Positions 9,896 to 19,390 of a stretch of 64,000 nucleotides of DNA are shown piece after piece. The notes below the pieces were generated by a model, which ran no database searches, was not told where the DNA came from, and saw nothing but the letters and a program-made list of their open reading frames with translations. This DNA comes from Candidatus Xenobia bacterium. GTDB taxonomy: Bacteria > Vulcanimicrobiota > Xenobia > Xenobiales > QWHO01. The stretch is from assembly GCA_045863235.1 (NCBI GenBank), contig BTUM01000033.1, positions 14,909-78,908 on the forward strand, in the 5' to 3' direction. The first letter of the stretch is position 1. Each line of letters begins with the position of its first letter. The position numbers and the translations under genes are program-made.

Positions 9896-9974
9896 TTTAT
9901 TTCTGCCGTGTCGTCGCGCTCGAAATGCTCGGCCTCGGCGGGCATTGGCGGAGGCCAGCCACCCGGCGGCTCAG

Positions 9975-11171
9975 TCAGCGTCTCTTCTTGAGCTGCACAT
10001 TGCCGACCTGGACGGAGCTCTCGCCTTCCGAGATACCCGGGCGCGGCTGGCCGGCGATCGCGACCAGCTCACGCGGAATGAGACCTTTGAGCGTGCCTTC
10101 CGTCTTGAGCACCAGCACACCGTCCGGCCCGACGGCCGGCCCATGATGGGAGGGACCGCGGGAGGGCTCGTTCCAAAGCTCCTTGCCCGTGGCCGGGTCG
10201 AGGCCGGTAATCTGGCCGTCCGGATGCGTGACGATCAGGCCTTTTTCGGTGGCCTGAACATTGCTGAAGGGACCGTTCCAGCCGCACTCCCCGTTGATCT
10301 GGTAGCTCCAGAGCTGGCGCCCGGTCTGGGCCTCGCGCATGCGAAGCTGGCGGCCGTCGCGAACCACGACCCCGCCGGGAACGGCGAACAGGTCGGTGCT
10401 TGCGTCGGCGGACTCCGACCACAGCTTCCGGCCGGTCTTGGGGTCCACCGCTCTGAGCGAGTGGCTCGTACCGAGCAGCTTGAACATCTTTTCCTTGAGA
10501 TAGTAAACAGGCCCGTCCGCCACCGAGACCTGGCGATCGTAGCTTTTGCTCCAGATCTGCGTCCCGGCCGAATCGAAAGCCAAAAGCCGAGTGGTCTCGC
10601 CAGCGTAGATCCCGCAGGTCGCCAGGATCACGCCCTGGGTGTGCGCGAGAGGACTGACCTCGCTGCCCGTGCCCGTGCTCCAGAGCTCCTTACCCGTGTC
10701 TCCGTCGAAAGCCACCAGTGAGGCGCTCTGGCCGGCGATGACGTTGCCGTTGGGGGTCACCAGCGGCTGGCGGCCCCAGCTGCCCCCCATGGGCTGGCGC
10801 CAGACCTCGCGGCGTGTGGCCGGGTCATACACGAAGAGGGCGCCCCTCTCCTGACACACCACCCGGTCTCCGAGCAGAGCCGGGCTGCTGGCCGAATCAA
10901 CCGGGATCGAGAACTTTTCCTCGCCACTGCGAAGATCCACCGCCTGAATCTTGCGATCGGCCACCTGGAAGACCAGCCCGTTCTGCCCCACCAGGGGCCG
11001 GTGGATGGCGACGGCGTACTGGGTGGAGGGGGTGGCCCAGGTCTTGGGATAGCGCGGCGAACCCTCTTTCGAGCCGCTCAAGAGCACGGCGTCAGCAGCC
11101 TCGTCCAGGCCGATGGAGGCCGGTACCGAGGCGCGCGCTGGGGCGGTCCAGGCGAGCGGGCGGATCACCAT
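9975..11171 (-). CDS. PQQ-like repeat beta-propeller protein
   Basis: repeated AxDxxTGkelW blades. Confidence 0.85.
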   Translation of the reverse strand: MVIRPLAWTAPARASVPASIGLDEAADAVLLSGSKEGSPRYPKTWATPSTQYAVAIHRPLVGQNGLVFQVADRKIQAVDLRSGEEKFSIPVDSASSPALLGDRVVCQERGALFVYDPATRREVWRQPMGGSWGRQPLVTPNGNVIAGQSASLVAFDGDTGKELWSTGTGSEVSPLAHTQGVILATCGIYAGETTRLLAFDSAGTQIWSKSYDRQVSVADGPVYYLKEKMFKLLGTSHSLRAVDPKTGRKLWSESADASTDLFAVPGGVVVRDGRQLRMREAQTGRQLWSYQINGECGWNGPFSNVQATEKGLIVTHPDGQITGLDPATGKELWNEPSRGPSHHGPAVGPDGVLVLKTEGTLKGLIPRELVAIAGQPRPGISEGESSVQVGNVQLKKRR

Positions 11172-11316
11172 GGCCTCAGAATAGACAATGAGTCTGAAAA
11201 TTCCCTGGCGCCTTCAAGCGCGGGGGAACTTCTCACCTCCGGGGCCCGTCCGATGGTTGCTGCCCTGAGAGAAACTGGCCAGCACAGGAGGTCTGAGTCT
11301 CAGGTCGCCAGGCAAA

Positions 11317-11332
11317 TTTGACGAACGTCAAA
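11317..11332. promoter_or_regulatory. palindrome TTTGACG-AA-CGTCAAA (TTGAC-N4-GTCAA, Fnr-like) with extended -10 TGnTATGCT at 11352-11360
   Basis: centre about 30 bp upstream of the -10 of the gene at 11397. Confidence 0.6.
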
Positions 11333-11396
11333 GATTTATCCCAACCACTCCTGTTATGCTGAAGTACCACCTTTATCACCAAGGGAGCGCCCGCCG

Positions 11397-12332
11397 ATGC
11401 AGATTGGTCAGTTCAACACCTTGACTCCAAGCTTCTTCGGTGGCGGTTTCTCCTTCTCACCGCTCGGCGGCGGTCAACCAAACAGTCTGCTCGGTCCAAG
11501 TTTTCCGGGGGGAGCGAGCCTCATCGGCCTTCTGACCCAGGTGCTGCAGTCCTTCACGCAGCTCGGTCAGGGCTGGTCGGGCTACCTGGGCGGTGGTCCC
11601 GCGACGCCAGGGTTCGGTCCGGGGGGTCCCGGACAGCTGTCACCCGGCCTCTACGGCTCGGGAGCTCGCCCCACCGGGTTCGTCGGTTACGGTGGCGGCG
11701 CGAGCTTCAACCCTAACCCGGGCTTCGGCCCCACGGGTCAGGGAATGCCCGGTCCCACCGATCCCGGTGAGTTCGCGAGCTACCTGCAGGCGCAGAGGCT
11801 CGGAGGCTCGCTGGAGGGCAAAACAGGAATCGCTCAGAACGACGCCATTCCCGGCACACGATTCGGCAGCGAGCCCGATCCTACCCTGTGGCACGCCTCG
11901 GTGGCCCGCAACTACGCCGCCCAGTTCGCCGCTTACGCCATCGGGGCCGACCCCCTGACCGCCCAGGGTCTGCAACAGGGTCAGAACGCCTTCCCGCAAA
12001 TGGCTCCCGAGGCCCAGCTCTTCATGCAGGTGGCCTCCGTTTTCAAGGGCAACATGTTCAACGGCCCGGGCAACTATGACAACCCGGGGTTGGGGCGCCT
12101 GCTGCAGAGCACCGGCAACGGCGATCTGATCAACAACCCGCAGGTGGGCCAGACCGACGTGCAGACCATCGGGGCCATCACCCAGGCTCTCAATCGCGGC
12201 ACGCTGACGCTCAACCAGGTCATCCAGAGCGGCACCATCGACAATCTCGACCGCTACTCCACCATCATCAACTACGTGCAGAGCGGTGGGTTCCGAAACG
12301 ACGTGTCCCGCTACGAAAGCCGGCCCTTCTGA
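11397..12332 (+). CDS. hypothetical protein, Gly/Pro-rich N-terminus, globular C-terminal half
   Basis: AAGGGAG RBS, host-like GC3 codon usage; no family recognised. Confidence 0.75.
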   Translation: MQIGQFNTLTPSFFGGGFSFSPLGGGQPNSLLGPSFPGGASLIGLLTQVLQSFTQLGQGWSGYLGGGPATPGFGPGGPGQLSPGLYGSGARPTGFVGYGGGASFNPNPGFGPTGQGMPGPTDPGEFASYLQAQRLGGSLEGKTGIAQNDAIPGTRFGSEPDPTLWHASVARNYAAQFAAYAIGADPLTAQGLQQGQNAFPQMAPEAQLFMQVASVFKGNMFNGPGNYDNPGLGRLLQSTGNGDLINNPQVGQTDVQTIGAITQALNRGTLTLNQVIQSGTIDNLDRYSTIINYVQSGGFRNDVSRYESRPF

Positions 12333-12354
12333 GGAGAACCTGAGCCAGGCCTCG

Positions 12355-12449
12355 TCCGTGGACTGTCCTGAATAGGGCGCCCCCATTCGGGCGCATCCGT
12401 GGACGGCTCTGAATAGGGCCCCCATTCGGGCGCGTCCCTGGACTCCTGA
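12355..12449. repeat. about 40-bp tandem repeat (2 full + 1 partial) with internal hairpin, REP-like
   Basis: TCCGTGGAC..CTGAATAGGG..CCCCCATTCGGGCGC at 12355 and 12396, partial copy at 12435. Confidence 0.75.
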
Positions 12450-12493
12450 CCTTCGTCATATCCTCCCCGGCGGGAGGACCCTAGAATCTCGGT

Positions 12494-13201
12494 ATGCTAA
12501 CCCGAGATCGCCTGCCCGGCCAGCTGGCCGGCCTCCCCCCCGAAGAGCTCGACGCCCTGCTCCACGAGAGCCGGGTGGAGCACGCCCGCCAGGGCGACCA
12601 CCTCTCCTGGCAGGGCCACGGCTGCTCGCGCTTCGGCTTCGTGCTCGAAGGCCAGGTGCGCGTCTACAAGCTCGGTCAGAACGGGCGCGAGGTCACGCTG
12701 TACCACCTCAATCCGGGAGACTGCTGCATTCTGGCCGCCTCATGCCTTCTCAGCGGCCACCCCTTCCCCGCCTTTGCCGTGGCCGAGACCGAGGTCGAGC
12801 TGCTCACCGTCTCGCCCAGCGTGCTCAAGGAGCTGGTGGCCACCCACGAGTTCTGGCGCAGCTACCTCTTCGGCATTCTGGCCCGCAGAATGGGCGACGT
12901 GATCGAGGTGGTGGAGGAAGTCACCTTCAAGCGCCTGGACTCGCGGTTGTCGGAGTTCTTGCTGGAGGCGGCCAGCCTGGAGGTGCGCCACACCCATCAA
13001 GAGATCGCCGTCGAGCTGGGCAGCTCGCGCGAAGGCATCAGCCGGCTGCTCAAGGAGTTCGAGCGGCGCGGACTGGTCAGCCTGGCCCGCGGACGCATCC
13101 GCCTGCTCGACCCGAAAGCCCTGCGTGACATGGTCACAGATCCGGCCGGGCCAATTGATCTACCCTGGAATCGACAACAAAGCAACGGGAGGTCGCAATG
13201 A
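12494..13201 (+). CDS. Crp/Fnr family transcriptional regulator
   Basis: VLEGQVRVYK..GREVTLY, GDCCIL, HTH THQEIAVELGSSREGISRLL. Confidence 0.93.
   Translation: MLTRDRLPGQLAGLPPEELDALLHESRVEHARQGDHLSWQGHGCSRFGFVLEGQVRVYKLGQNGREVTLYHLNPGDCCILAASCLLSGHPFPAFAVAETEVELLTVSPSVLKELVATHEFWRSYLFGILARRMGDVIEVVEEVTFKRLDSRLSEFLLEAASLEVRHTHQEIAVELGSSREGISRLLKEFERRGLVSLARGRIRLLDPKALRDMVTDPAGPIDLPWNRQQSNGRSQ
13125..13137. promoter_or_regulatory. GTGAC-N3-GTCAC operator inside the 3' end of the crp gene; -10 TACCCT at 13161
   Basis: palindrome centred 30 bp upstream of the -10, ahead of dsrE. Confidence 0.65.
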
Positions 13202-13611
13202 ACGACAAATTCTCCATCATCCTCTTCTCCGGCACCGTCGACAAGCTGATGGCGGCCAGCATCCTGGCCACAGGAGCCGCGGCCATGGGCAAGGATGTGA
13301 AGATTTTCCTGACCTTCTGGGGGCTGATGGCCTTCAAGAAGGATGCCTGGAAGACCAACCAGCGGATGAGCCGCGACTTTGAGGAATTTGCCGCGGCCGC
13401 CGCTCAGGCGATGCAAGAAAAGAAGGTCCCGGGCTGGCTCGAGACCCTCAAGAACGGAATGGAGGTAGGCAACATCCAGGTCAAAGCCTGCGGCATGACG
13501 GCCGACCTTTTCGGGCTGACCATGGCCGACTTCGAGGACGTGGTCAGCGAGGTGACCGGCGTGGCCAGCTTCGTGAACGAGAGCGAGGGCGGGCAGACGC
13601 TGTTCATCTAA
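13198..13611 (+). CDS. DsrE/DsrF/DrsH-like sulfur carrier
   Basis: IILFSGTVDK, IFLTFWGL, ACGMT, GVASF...TLFI. Confidence 0.9.
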   Translation: MNDKFSIILFSGTVDKLMAASILATGAAAMGKDVKIFLTFWGLMAFKKDAWKTNQRMSRDFEEFAAAAAQAMQEKKVPGWLETLKNGMEVGNIQVKACGMTADLFGLTMADFEDVVSEVTGVASFVNESEGGQTLFI

Positions 13612-13640
13612 GACCACACAACACAAGGAGGGCCACCAAC

Positions 13641-13880
13641 ATGCCTGACTACACGATCGATACCGAAAAGGACGCCCGCGGCAGCTTCTGCCCGGGTCCC
13701 CTGCTCGAGCTGGTGCGGATGGTGCGCGAGGCCCAGGTGGGCCAGGTGCTGGCCGTCATCTCCGCCGACGAGGGCAGCAAGAAAGACATCCCCGCCTGGA
13801 TCGCCAAGGCAAAGCATGAGTTCCTGGGGACCGAAGAGGTGGAAGGCGCCACCCGCTTCGTGTGCCGCAAGGTCCGATGA
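13641..13880 (+). CDS. tusA: TusA family sulfurtransferase
   Basis: DARGSFCPGP, DEGSKKDIPAW. Confidence 0.9.
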   Translation: MPDYTIDTEKDARGSFCPGPLLELVRMVREAQVGQVLAVISADEGSKKDIPAWIAKAKHEFLGTEEVEGATRFVCRKVR

Positions 13881-15004
13881 AGAACGTCGTCGTGGTCGGC
13901 GGTGGCACCGGAGGCACCCTGGCTGCCAACCTGCTGGCCAAGAAGCTCAAGCCCTCGGAGGCGCGCATCACCCTCGTGTCCGAGAGCGCGCGCCATCTCT
14001 ACCAGCCCGGCTGGCTTTACGTCTCCTTCGGGTGGCTGGATCAGCGCAGCTTGAGCCGCCCCCTGCGCAGCCTCCTCAAGAAACGCGTGCAGCTGGTGCT
14101 GGGACGAGTCGATACTCTGGACCTGGAGGGGCGCCAGCTCCGCCTCCACGACGGCACGAAAGTGGACTACGACTACCTGGTGCTGGCGCCCGGAGCGCTG
14201 GTCACCCCAGAGGACGTGCCCGGCCTGGCCGAGCACGGCGAGCACTGCTTCACCGAGCAGGGCGCCCTGCGCCTGTGGAGCCGCCTGCAAGACTTCCAGG
14301 GCGGCCGCATCGTGGTGGGCGTGGGCGGCCTGCCCCACAAGTGCCCGGTGGCGCCGCTCGAGTTCACCTTCCTGCTCGAAGAGTTCCTCACCCGCCAGAA
14401 CCTGCGCGACAAGACCGAAATCGTCTACACCTACCCCATCGGGCGGGTGTTCTCGATCGAGTCGGTGGCCGAGATCGCCGCCCCCCTGCTCGAGGAGCGC
14501 AAGGTCGAGGTGGAGACCTTCTTCAACCTCGAGGAGGTGCACCCCGGCAAGGCGCTGTCGCTGGAGGGCATCGAGCTCGACTATGACCTGCTGGCCATGG
14601 TCCCGCCTCACCGCGGCCCGGCCTTCCTGCAGGGCAGCCCCATCGCCGAGGCCCGCGGCTGGATCAAGACCGACCGCCACACTCTGCAGGTGCAGGGCAC
14701 CGACAACCTCTGGGCCCTGGGCGACGTCACCGACCTGCCCATCAGCAAAGCCGGCAGTACGGCCCACTTCCAGGCTCCCGTGGTGGTGGACCGGCTCTGT
14801 GCCGCCTTGCGCGGCGAGGAGTCCCACGCCAGTTACGGAGGCCACGTCATGTGCTTCCTGGAGACCGGCTACAACCACGCCTCGCTGCTCGACTTCGACT
14901 ACCAGCGTCCGCCCGCCCCCGCCAGGCCCAACGCCATCGTCCACTACCAGAAGATGGTGTTCAACAAAGCCTACTGGTATCTGGTCCCGACCGGAGTGAT
15001 CTGA
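13877..15004 (+). CDS. sqr: sulfide:quinone oxidoreductase (SqrC/type III-like)
   Basis: GGGTGG, HLYQPG, KCPVAPLE, WALGD, SKAGS, YGGHVMCF. Confidence 0.85.
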   Translation: MKNVVVVGGGTGGTLAANLLAKKLKPSEARITLVSESARHLYQPGWLYVSFGWLDQRSLSRPLRSLLKKRVQLVLGRVDTLDLEGRQLRLHDGTKVDYDYLVLAPGALVTPEDVPGLAEHGEHCFTEQGALRLWSRLQDFQGGRIVVGVGGLPHKCPVAPLEFTFLLEEFLTRQNLRDKTEIVYTYPIGRVFSIESVAEIAAPLLEERKVEVETFFNLEEVHPGKALSLEGIELDYDLLAMVPPHRGPAFLQGSPIAEARGWIKTDRHTLQVQGTDNLWALGDVTDLPISKAGSTAHFQAPVVVDRLCAALRGEESHASYGGHVMCFLETGYNHASLLDFDYQRPPAPARPNAIVHYQKMVFNKAYWYLVPTGVI

Positions 15005-15005
15005 G

Positions 15006-16295
15006 ATGGCTGAAGACGAGGAAACCACCACCCCGACTCCTCCCCCGCCGCCTTCGCGCAAGAAGTGGGGCTGGCTGGTCCCCGTGCTGGTGGCCATCCT
15101 GGTCTTCTTGCTGTGGCCCAAAGAGGAGCACCGGGAGACGGTCGAGCGCCCCGCTCGCGAGCGCTGGCAGGGGGCGACAGCCCGGGTGGAGGAGCGCACG
15201 CTGCCGCGCCAGCTCGAGCTGAGCGGCACCCTGACGCCGGTGCGCCAGGCCACCCTGTCCACGCGCCTGAGCGGCCGTCTGCTGGAGCTGACCGTGGAAG
15301 AGGGCGACCGGGTCAACGCCGGCCAGGTGGTGGCCCGGGTGGACACCTCTGATCTCGAGAGCCGCACCGCCCAGGCCCGGGCCGGCGAGGTGGTGGCCCA
15401 GGCGGGCACGGTGCAGGCCCGGGCCTCGGTGCGCACGGCCCAGAGCGGCCTGGAGCAGGCTCAGGCCCAGCTCAAGGCGCTCCAATCGCAGCGCGGCGAG
15501 GTGAACGCCCGTCTCGAGCTGGCCCGGACCGAGCACCAGCGCCAGAGCTTCCTGGCTGCCGAAGGGGCCATCGCCCAGCAGGTGGCCGACCGGGCCAAAG
15601 CCGACTTTGAGGTGGCCCGCTCGCAGCAAGAGCAGCTCGAGGCTGGCCTGAAGCGGGCCCAGGCGGGTGTGGAGGCAGCCCGAGCCCAGCTCGAGGAGGC
15701 CCGCACCGGCATCTCCTCGAGCCAGGCCATGGTCGAGCAGGCCCGGGCGGGCACCGAGGCGGTGGCCTCGAACCTGAGCTACGGGCTGGTCCAGGCCCCC
15801 TTCCCCGGGGTGGTCAGCCGCAAGCTCTTGCGCCAGGGCGAGCTGGCCACGCCGGGTGCTCCCATCCTGGAGATTCAAGACCCCTACCACCTGCAGCTCG
15901 AGGTCAGCGTGCCCGAGGAAGCGCTCGAGGCGGTGCGGCCTGGCCAGACCCTGGAGCTGACGCTGGGCACCCGCAAGCTGCGCGGCAAGGTGCGCCAGAT
16001 CGTGCCCGCGGCCGATCCGGCCAGCCGCAGCTTCACGGTCAAGGTGGCCGTGGAGAACCCGAAAGCCGAGCTGATCCCGGGCATGTACGGCAAGCTGGGC
16101 CTCACAGTTGGCAAGCGTCAGGCGGTTCTGGTTCCGAGTCAAGCGGTGTCCCGGAGGGGCCAGCTGGAAGAGGTGCAGGTCATCGACCCGGAAGGATATC
16201 CTGAGCTGCGCCTGATCAAGACCGGTCAGGCGCAGGGCGAGCTGGTGGAGGTGCTGTCAGGTCTCAACGCGGGCGAGACGGTGGGTCTGCCGTGA
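15006..16295 (+). CDS. RND periplasmic adaptor (MFP)
   Basis: TM, lipoyl halves ([11 protein letters not shown] / APFPGVV), long coiled coil, LIPGMYG. Confidence 0.92.
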   Translation: MAEDEETTTPTPPPPPSRKKWGWLVPVLVAILVFLLWPKEEHRETVERPARERWQGATARVEERTLPRQLELSGTLTPVRQATLSTRLSGRLLELTVEEGDRVNAGQVVARVDTSDLESRTAQARAGEVVAQAGTVQARASVRTAQSGLEQAQAQLKALQSQRGEVNARLELARTEHQRQSFLAAEGAIAQQVADRAKADFEVARSQQEQLEAGLKRAQAGVEAARAQLEEARTGISSSQAMVEQARAGTEAVASNLSYGLVQAPFPGVVSRKLLRQGELATPGAPILEIQDPYHLQLEVSVPEEALEAVRPGQTLELTLGTRKLRGKVRQIVPAADPASRSFTVKVAVENPKAELIPGMYGKLGLTVGKRQAVLVPSQAVSRRGQLEEVQVIDPEGYPELRLIKTGQAQGELVEVLSGLNAGETVGLP

Positions 16296-19200
16296 AACTC
16301 GGATTTGCCGGTCACCTGGCCGCCGCCTTCGCGCGGTCCAAGCTGACTCCGCTGCTGCTGCTGCTCTCCCTGGTTCTGGGGGTGGGCGCCACGCTGGCCC
16401 TGCCCCGCGAGGAAGAGCCCCAGATCACCGTGCCCATGGCCGACGTTCTGGTCAGCTTTCCGGGCGCCACCGCTCGCGAGGTGGAGCAACGGGTGACCTA
16501 CCCGATGGAGAAGCTGATCCGCGAGCTGGAGGGCGTGGAGTACGTCTACTCCACCAGCCGCCCGGGCCAGTCGCTGGTGATCGTGCGCTTCAAAGTAGGG
16601 CTCAACCCCGAAGCTGCCACAGTCCGCCTGTACAATAAGCTCTACTCCAACTTCGACCGCATTCCGCCGGGGGTCAGCCAGCCCCTGATCAAGTCGCGCT
16701 CCATCGACGACGTGCCCATCCTCACCCTCACCCTGCACTCCAAGAAATCCAACGGCTACGAGCTGCGCCAGATTGCCGCCCAGCTCGACGAGGAGCTCAA
16801 GCAGGTGGAGGACGTCTCCGAGATCACCCTGCTCGGGGGACAGAGCCGTCAGGTCGAGATCCAGCTCACCCCCCAGAAGCTGGCCGCCTACAACCTGACT
16901 CCGGCGGCCATCGCCCAGGCCCTGCGCGGCTTCAACGTGGCCGCCCAGAGCGGGCGGCTCGAAGGGTCCTTGAGCCTGAGCGTGCGCACGGGCGAGTTCC
17001 TGCGCAGCCTGGAAGAGGTGGGCCAGGTGGTGGTGGCCGTCCACCAGGGGCGTCCGGTCTTGCTCGGCCAGGTGGCCAGCCTGCGAGACGGGCCCCAGGA
17101 GCCCACCAATTATGTCTTCTTCGGCACCCGCCAGGATCTCGAGGAGGCCGTCACCCTGGCCATCGCCAAGCGGCGCGGGGCCAACGCCATCGCCGTGTCT
17201 CACCGGCTGATGGCCAAAGTGGAGGCCGTGCGAGCGAACCTGCTGCCAGCCGGAGTGGAGCTGACGGTCACCCGCGACTACGGTGAGACGGCCGCTGAGC
17301 GGTCCAACGAGCTGCTGTTCCATATGGGCATCGCGGTGGGCTCGGTCACCTTGCTGATCGGGCTGACGCTGGGCAAGCGCGAGTCGCTGGTGGTGGCCGT
17401 GGCCATTCCGGTCACGCTTTCCTTGACGCTGGCCACCTTCGTGCTCTACGGGTTCACCCTCAACCGGGTCACCTTCTTTGCCCTGATCTTCTCCATCGGC
17501 ATCCTGGTGGACGATGCCATCGTGGTGGTGGAGAACGTGGTGCGCCACCTGCGCATGCCCGAGAACGCCGGCCGCGATCGGCTGCAGGTGGTGCTGGAAG
17601 CGGTGGACGAGGTGGGCAACCCCACCGTACTGGCCACCCTGACCGTGGTGGGAGCGATCCTCCCGATGGCCTTCGTGCGCGGCCTGATGGGGCCCTACAT
17701 GCTGCCCATCCCGCTGGGCGCCTCGGCGGCCATGCTGTTCAGCATGCTGGTCGCCTTCACGGTGGTGCCCTGGGCTGCCCTGCGTCTGCTCAAGGAAGAC
17801 GGCCACGGCCACGAGGAAGGGCAAGAAGACGCGCTCACCCGCCTCTACCGCCACCTGATGGGCCCACTCATCGCCCACGGCGGCTGGCGCACGCTCTTTC
17901 TGGTCGCCACCATCGGCCTCTTGCTGGCGGCCATGGCCCTGGTGGGTCTACGCCTGGTGGTGTTCAAGATGCTGCCTTTCGACAACAAGAGCGAGTTCCA
18001 GATCCTGGTGGACCTGCCCGAAGGGGCCACCCTGGAGCAGACGGCGGCGCTGGCCACCGAAGTGGGCAGGCGCGTGGCCGAGCTGCCTGAGGTGACCAAC
18101 TACCAGATTTACGCCGGCACCGCCTCGCCTTACAACTTCAACGGGCTGGTGCGCCACTACTTCCTTCGCTCCGGGCCCAACGTGGCCGACCTGCAGGTCA
18201 ACCTGACGCCCAAGGAGGAGCGCCGCCGTCAGAGCCACGACGTGGCCAAGGCCGCCCGGGAGGCGCTCAAGGACGTCAAAGGAGCGGTGCTGGTCGTGGC
18301 CGAGATTCCTCCTGGCCCCCCCGTGCTGCAGACGCTGGTCACCGAGGTCTTCGGGCCCACCGAGGAGAGCCGGGTGGCACTGGCCACCGAGGTCAGAGAG
18401 CTCTACGTGAAAGAGCCGGGCGTGGTGGACGTGGACTGGTACCGCGAGGATCCGCACGAAGAGGTGCACCTGGAGATCGACGCCGAGAAGGCGGCCCTCT
18501 CGGGACTGACCCCGATGGAGGTAGAGCAGGCCGTCAGCGCGGCCCTGGGCGGCATGCCGGCCGGTCTTCTGCACGACGACGCGGCCCGCGAGCCGGTGCC
18601 CCTGCTGCTCCGCTTCGGGCCCGGCGATCGCACCCTGCCGGGGCTGGAGTCGCTGCGCCTCAAGGGGGTGCCGCTCAGCAGCCTGGTGCGGGTCACTCGC
18701 CGCCCGGCCGAGCAGAGCATCTATCACAAGAACCTGCAGCCGGTGATCTACGTGACCGGCGACGTGGGGGGCAAGGTGGAGAGCCCGCTCTACAGCATCC
18801 TGGAGCTGCAGGGCAAGATCAAGGCCGACACCTGGTGGATCCAGCAGCCGACCTCCACCGAGCGCCCGGCGGTCAAGTGGGACGGCGAGTGGCACGTGAC
18901 CTACGAGGTCTTCCGCGATCTCGGCATCGCCTTCGCGGTGGTGATGCTGCTCATCTACGGCCTGATCGTGGGCTGGTTCCAGAACTTCATCACCCCGCTC
19001 GTCATCGTGTCGGCCATCCCGTTCTCGATGGTGGGCATCCTGCCCGGTCACTGGGGCATGGGAGCCTTCTTCACGGCCACCTCGATGATCGGGTTCATCG
19101 CCGGGGCCGGCATCGTGGTGCGCAACTCCATCATCCTGGTCGACTTCATCGAGCTGCGCCTCAAGGAGGGCATGCCGCTCGAGGAGGCTGTGGTGGATGC

Positions 19201-19390
19201 GGGCGCGGTGCGCTTCCGGCCCATGCTCTTGACCGCCCTGGCGGTGGTGGTTGGCTCGGCCGTGATCCTGGCCGACCCTATCTTCAACGGGCTGGCCATC
19301 AGCCTGATGTTCGGAGAGATCGCCTCGCTCTTGCTCTCGCGCACCACGGTGCCGGTGCTCTACTACATGGTCTGGCGGGGGCGGCGATGA
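16292..19390 (+). CDS. RND permease (AcrB/D/F family)
   Basis: [42 protein letters not shown]. Confidence 0.95.
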   Translation: MKLGFAGHLAAAFARSKLTPLLLLLSLVLGVGATLALPREEEPQITVPMADVLVSFPGATAREVEQRVTYPMEKLIRELEGVEYVYSTSRPGQSLVIVRFKVGLNPEAATVRLYNKLYSNFDRIPPGVSQPLIKSRSIDDVPILTLTLHSKKSNGYELRQIAAQLDEELKQVEDVSEITLLGGQSRQVEIQLTPQKLAAYNLTPAAIAQALRGFNVAAQSGRLEGSLSLSVRTGEFLRSLEEVGQVVVAVHQGRPVLLGQVASLRDGPQEPTNYVFFGTRQDLEEAVTLAIAKRRGANAIAVSHRLMAKVEAVRANLLPAGVELTVTRDYGETAAERSNELLFHMGIAVGSVTLLIGLTLGKRESLVVAVAIPVTLSLTLATFVLYGFTLNRVTFFALIFSIGILVDDAIVVVENVVRHLRMPENAGRDRLQVVLEAVDEVGNPTVLATLTVVGAILPMAFVRGLMGPYMLPIPLGASAAMLFSMLVAFTVVPWAALRLLKEDGHGHEEGQEDALTRLYRHLMGPLIAHGGWRTLFLVATIGLLLAAMALVGLRLVVFKMLPFDNKSEFQILVDLPEGATLEQTAALATEVGRRVAELPEVTNYQIYAGTASPYNFNGLVRHYFLRSGPNVADLQVNLTPKEERRRQSHDVAKAAREALKDVKGAVLVVAEIPPGPPVLQTLVTEVFGPTEESRVALATEVRELYVKEPGVVDVDWYREDPHEEVHLEIDAEKAALSGLTPMEVEQAVSAALGGMPAGLLHDDAAREPVPLLLRFGPGDRTLPGLESLRLKGVPLSSLVRVTRRPAEQSIYHKNLQPVIYVTGDVGGKVESPLYSILELQGKIKADTWWIQQPTSTERPAVKWDGEWHVTYEVFRDLGIAFAVVMLLIYGLIVGWFQNFITPLVIVSAIPFSMVGILPGHWGMGAFFTATSMIGFIAGAGIVVRNSIILVDFIELRLKEGMPLEEAVVDAGAVRFRPMLLTALAVVVGSAVILADPIFNGLAISLMFGEIASLLLSRTTVPVLYYMVWRGRR

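Noticed and set aside
12355..12449. Possible mini CRISPR array
   Set aside because: Units are contiguous with no unique spacers, and no cas genes are present.
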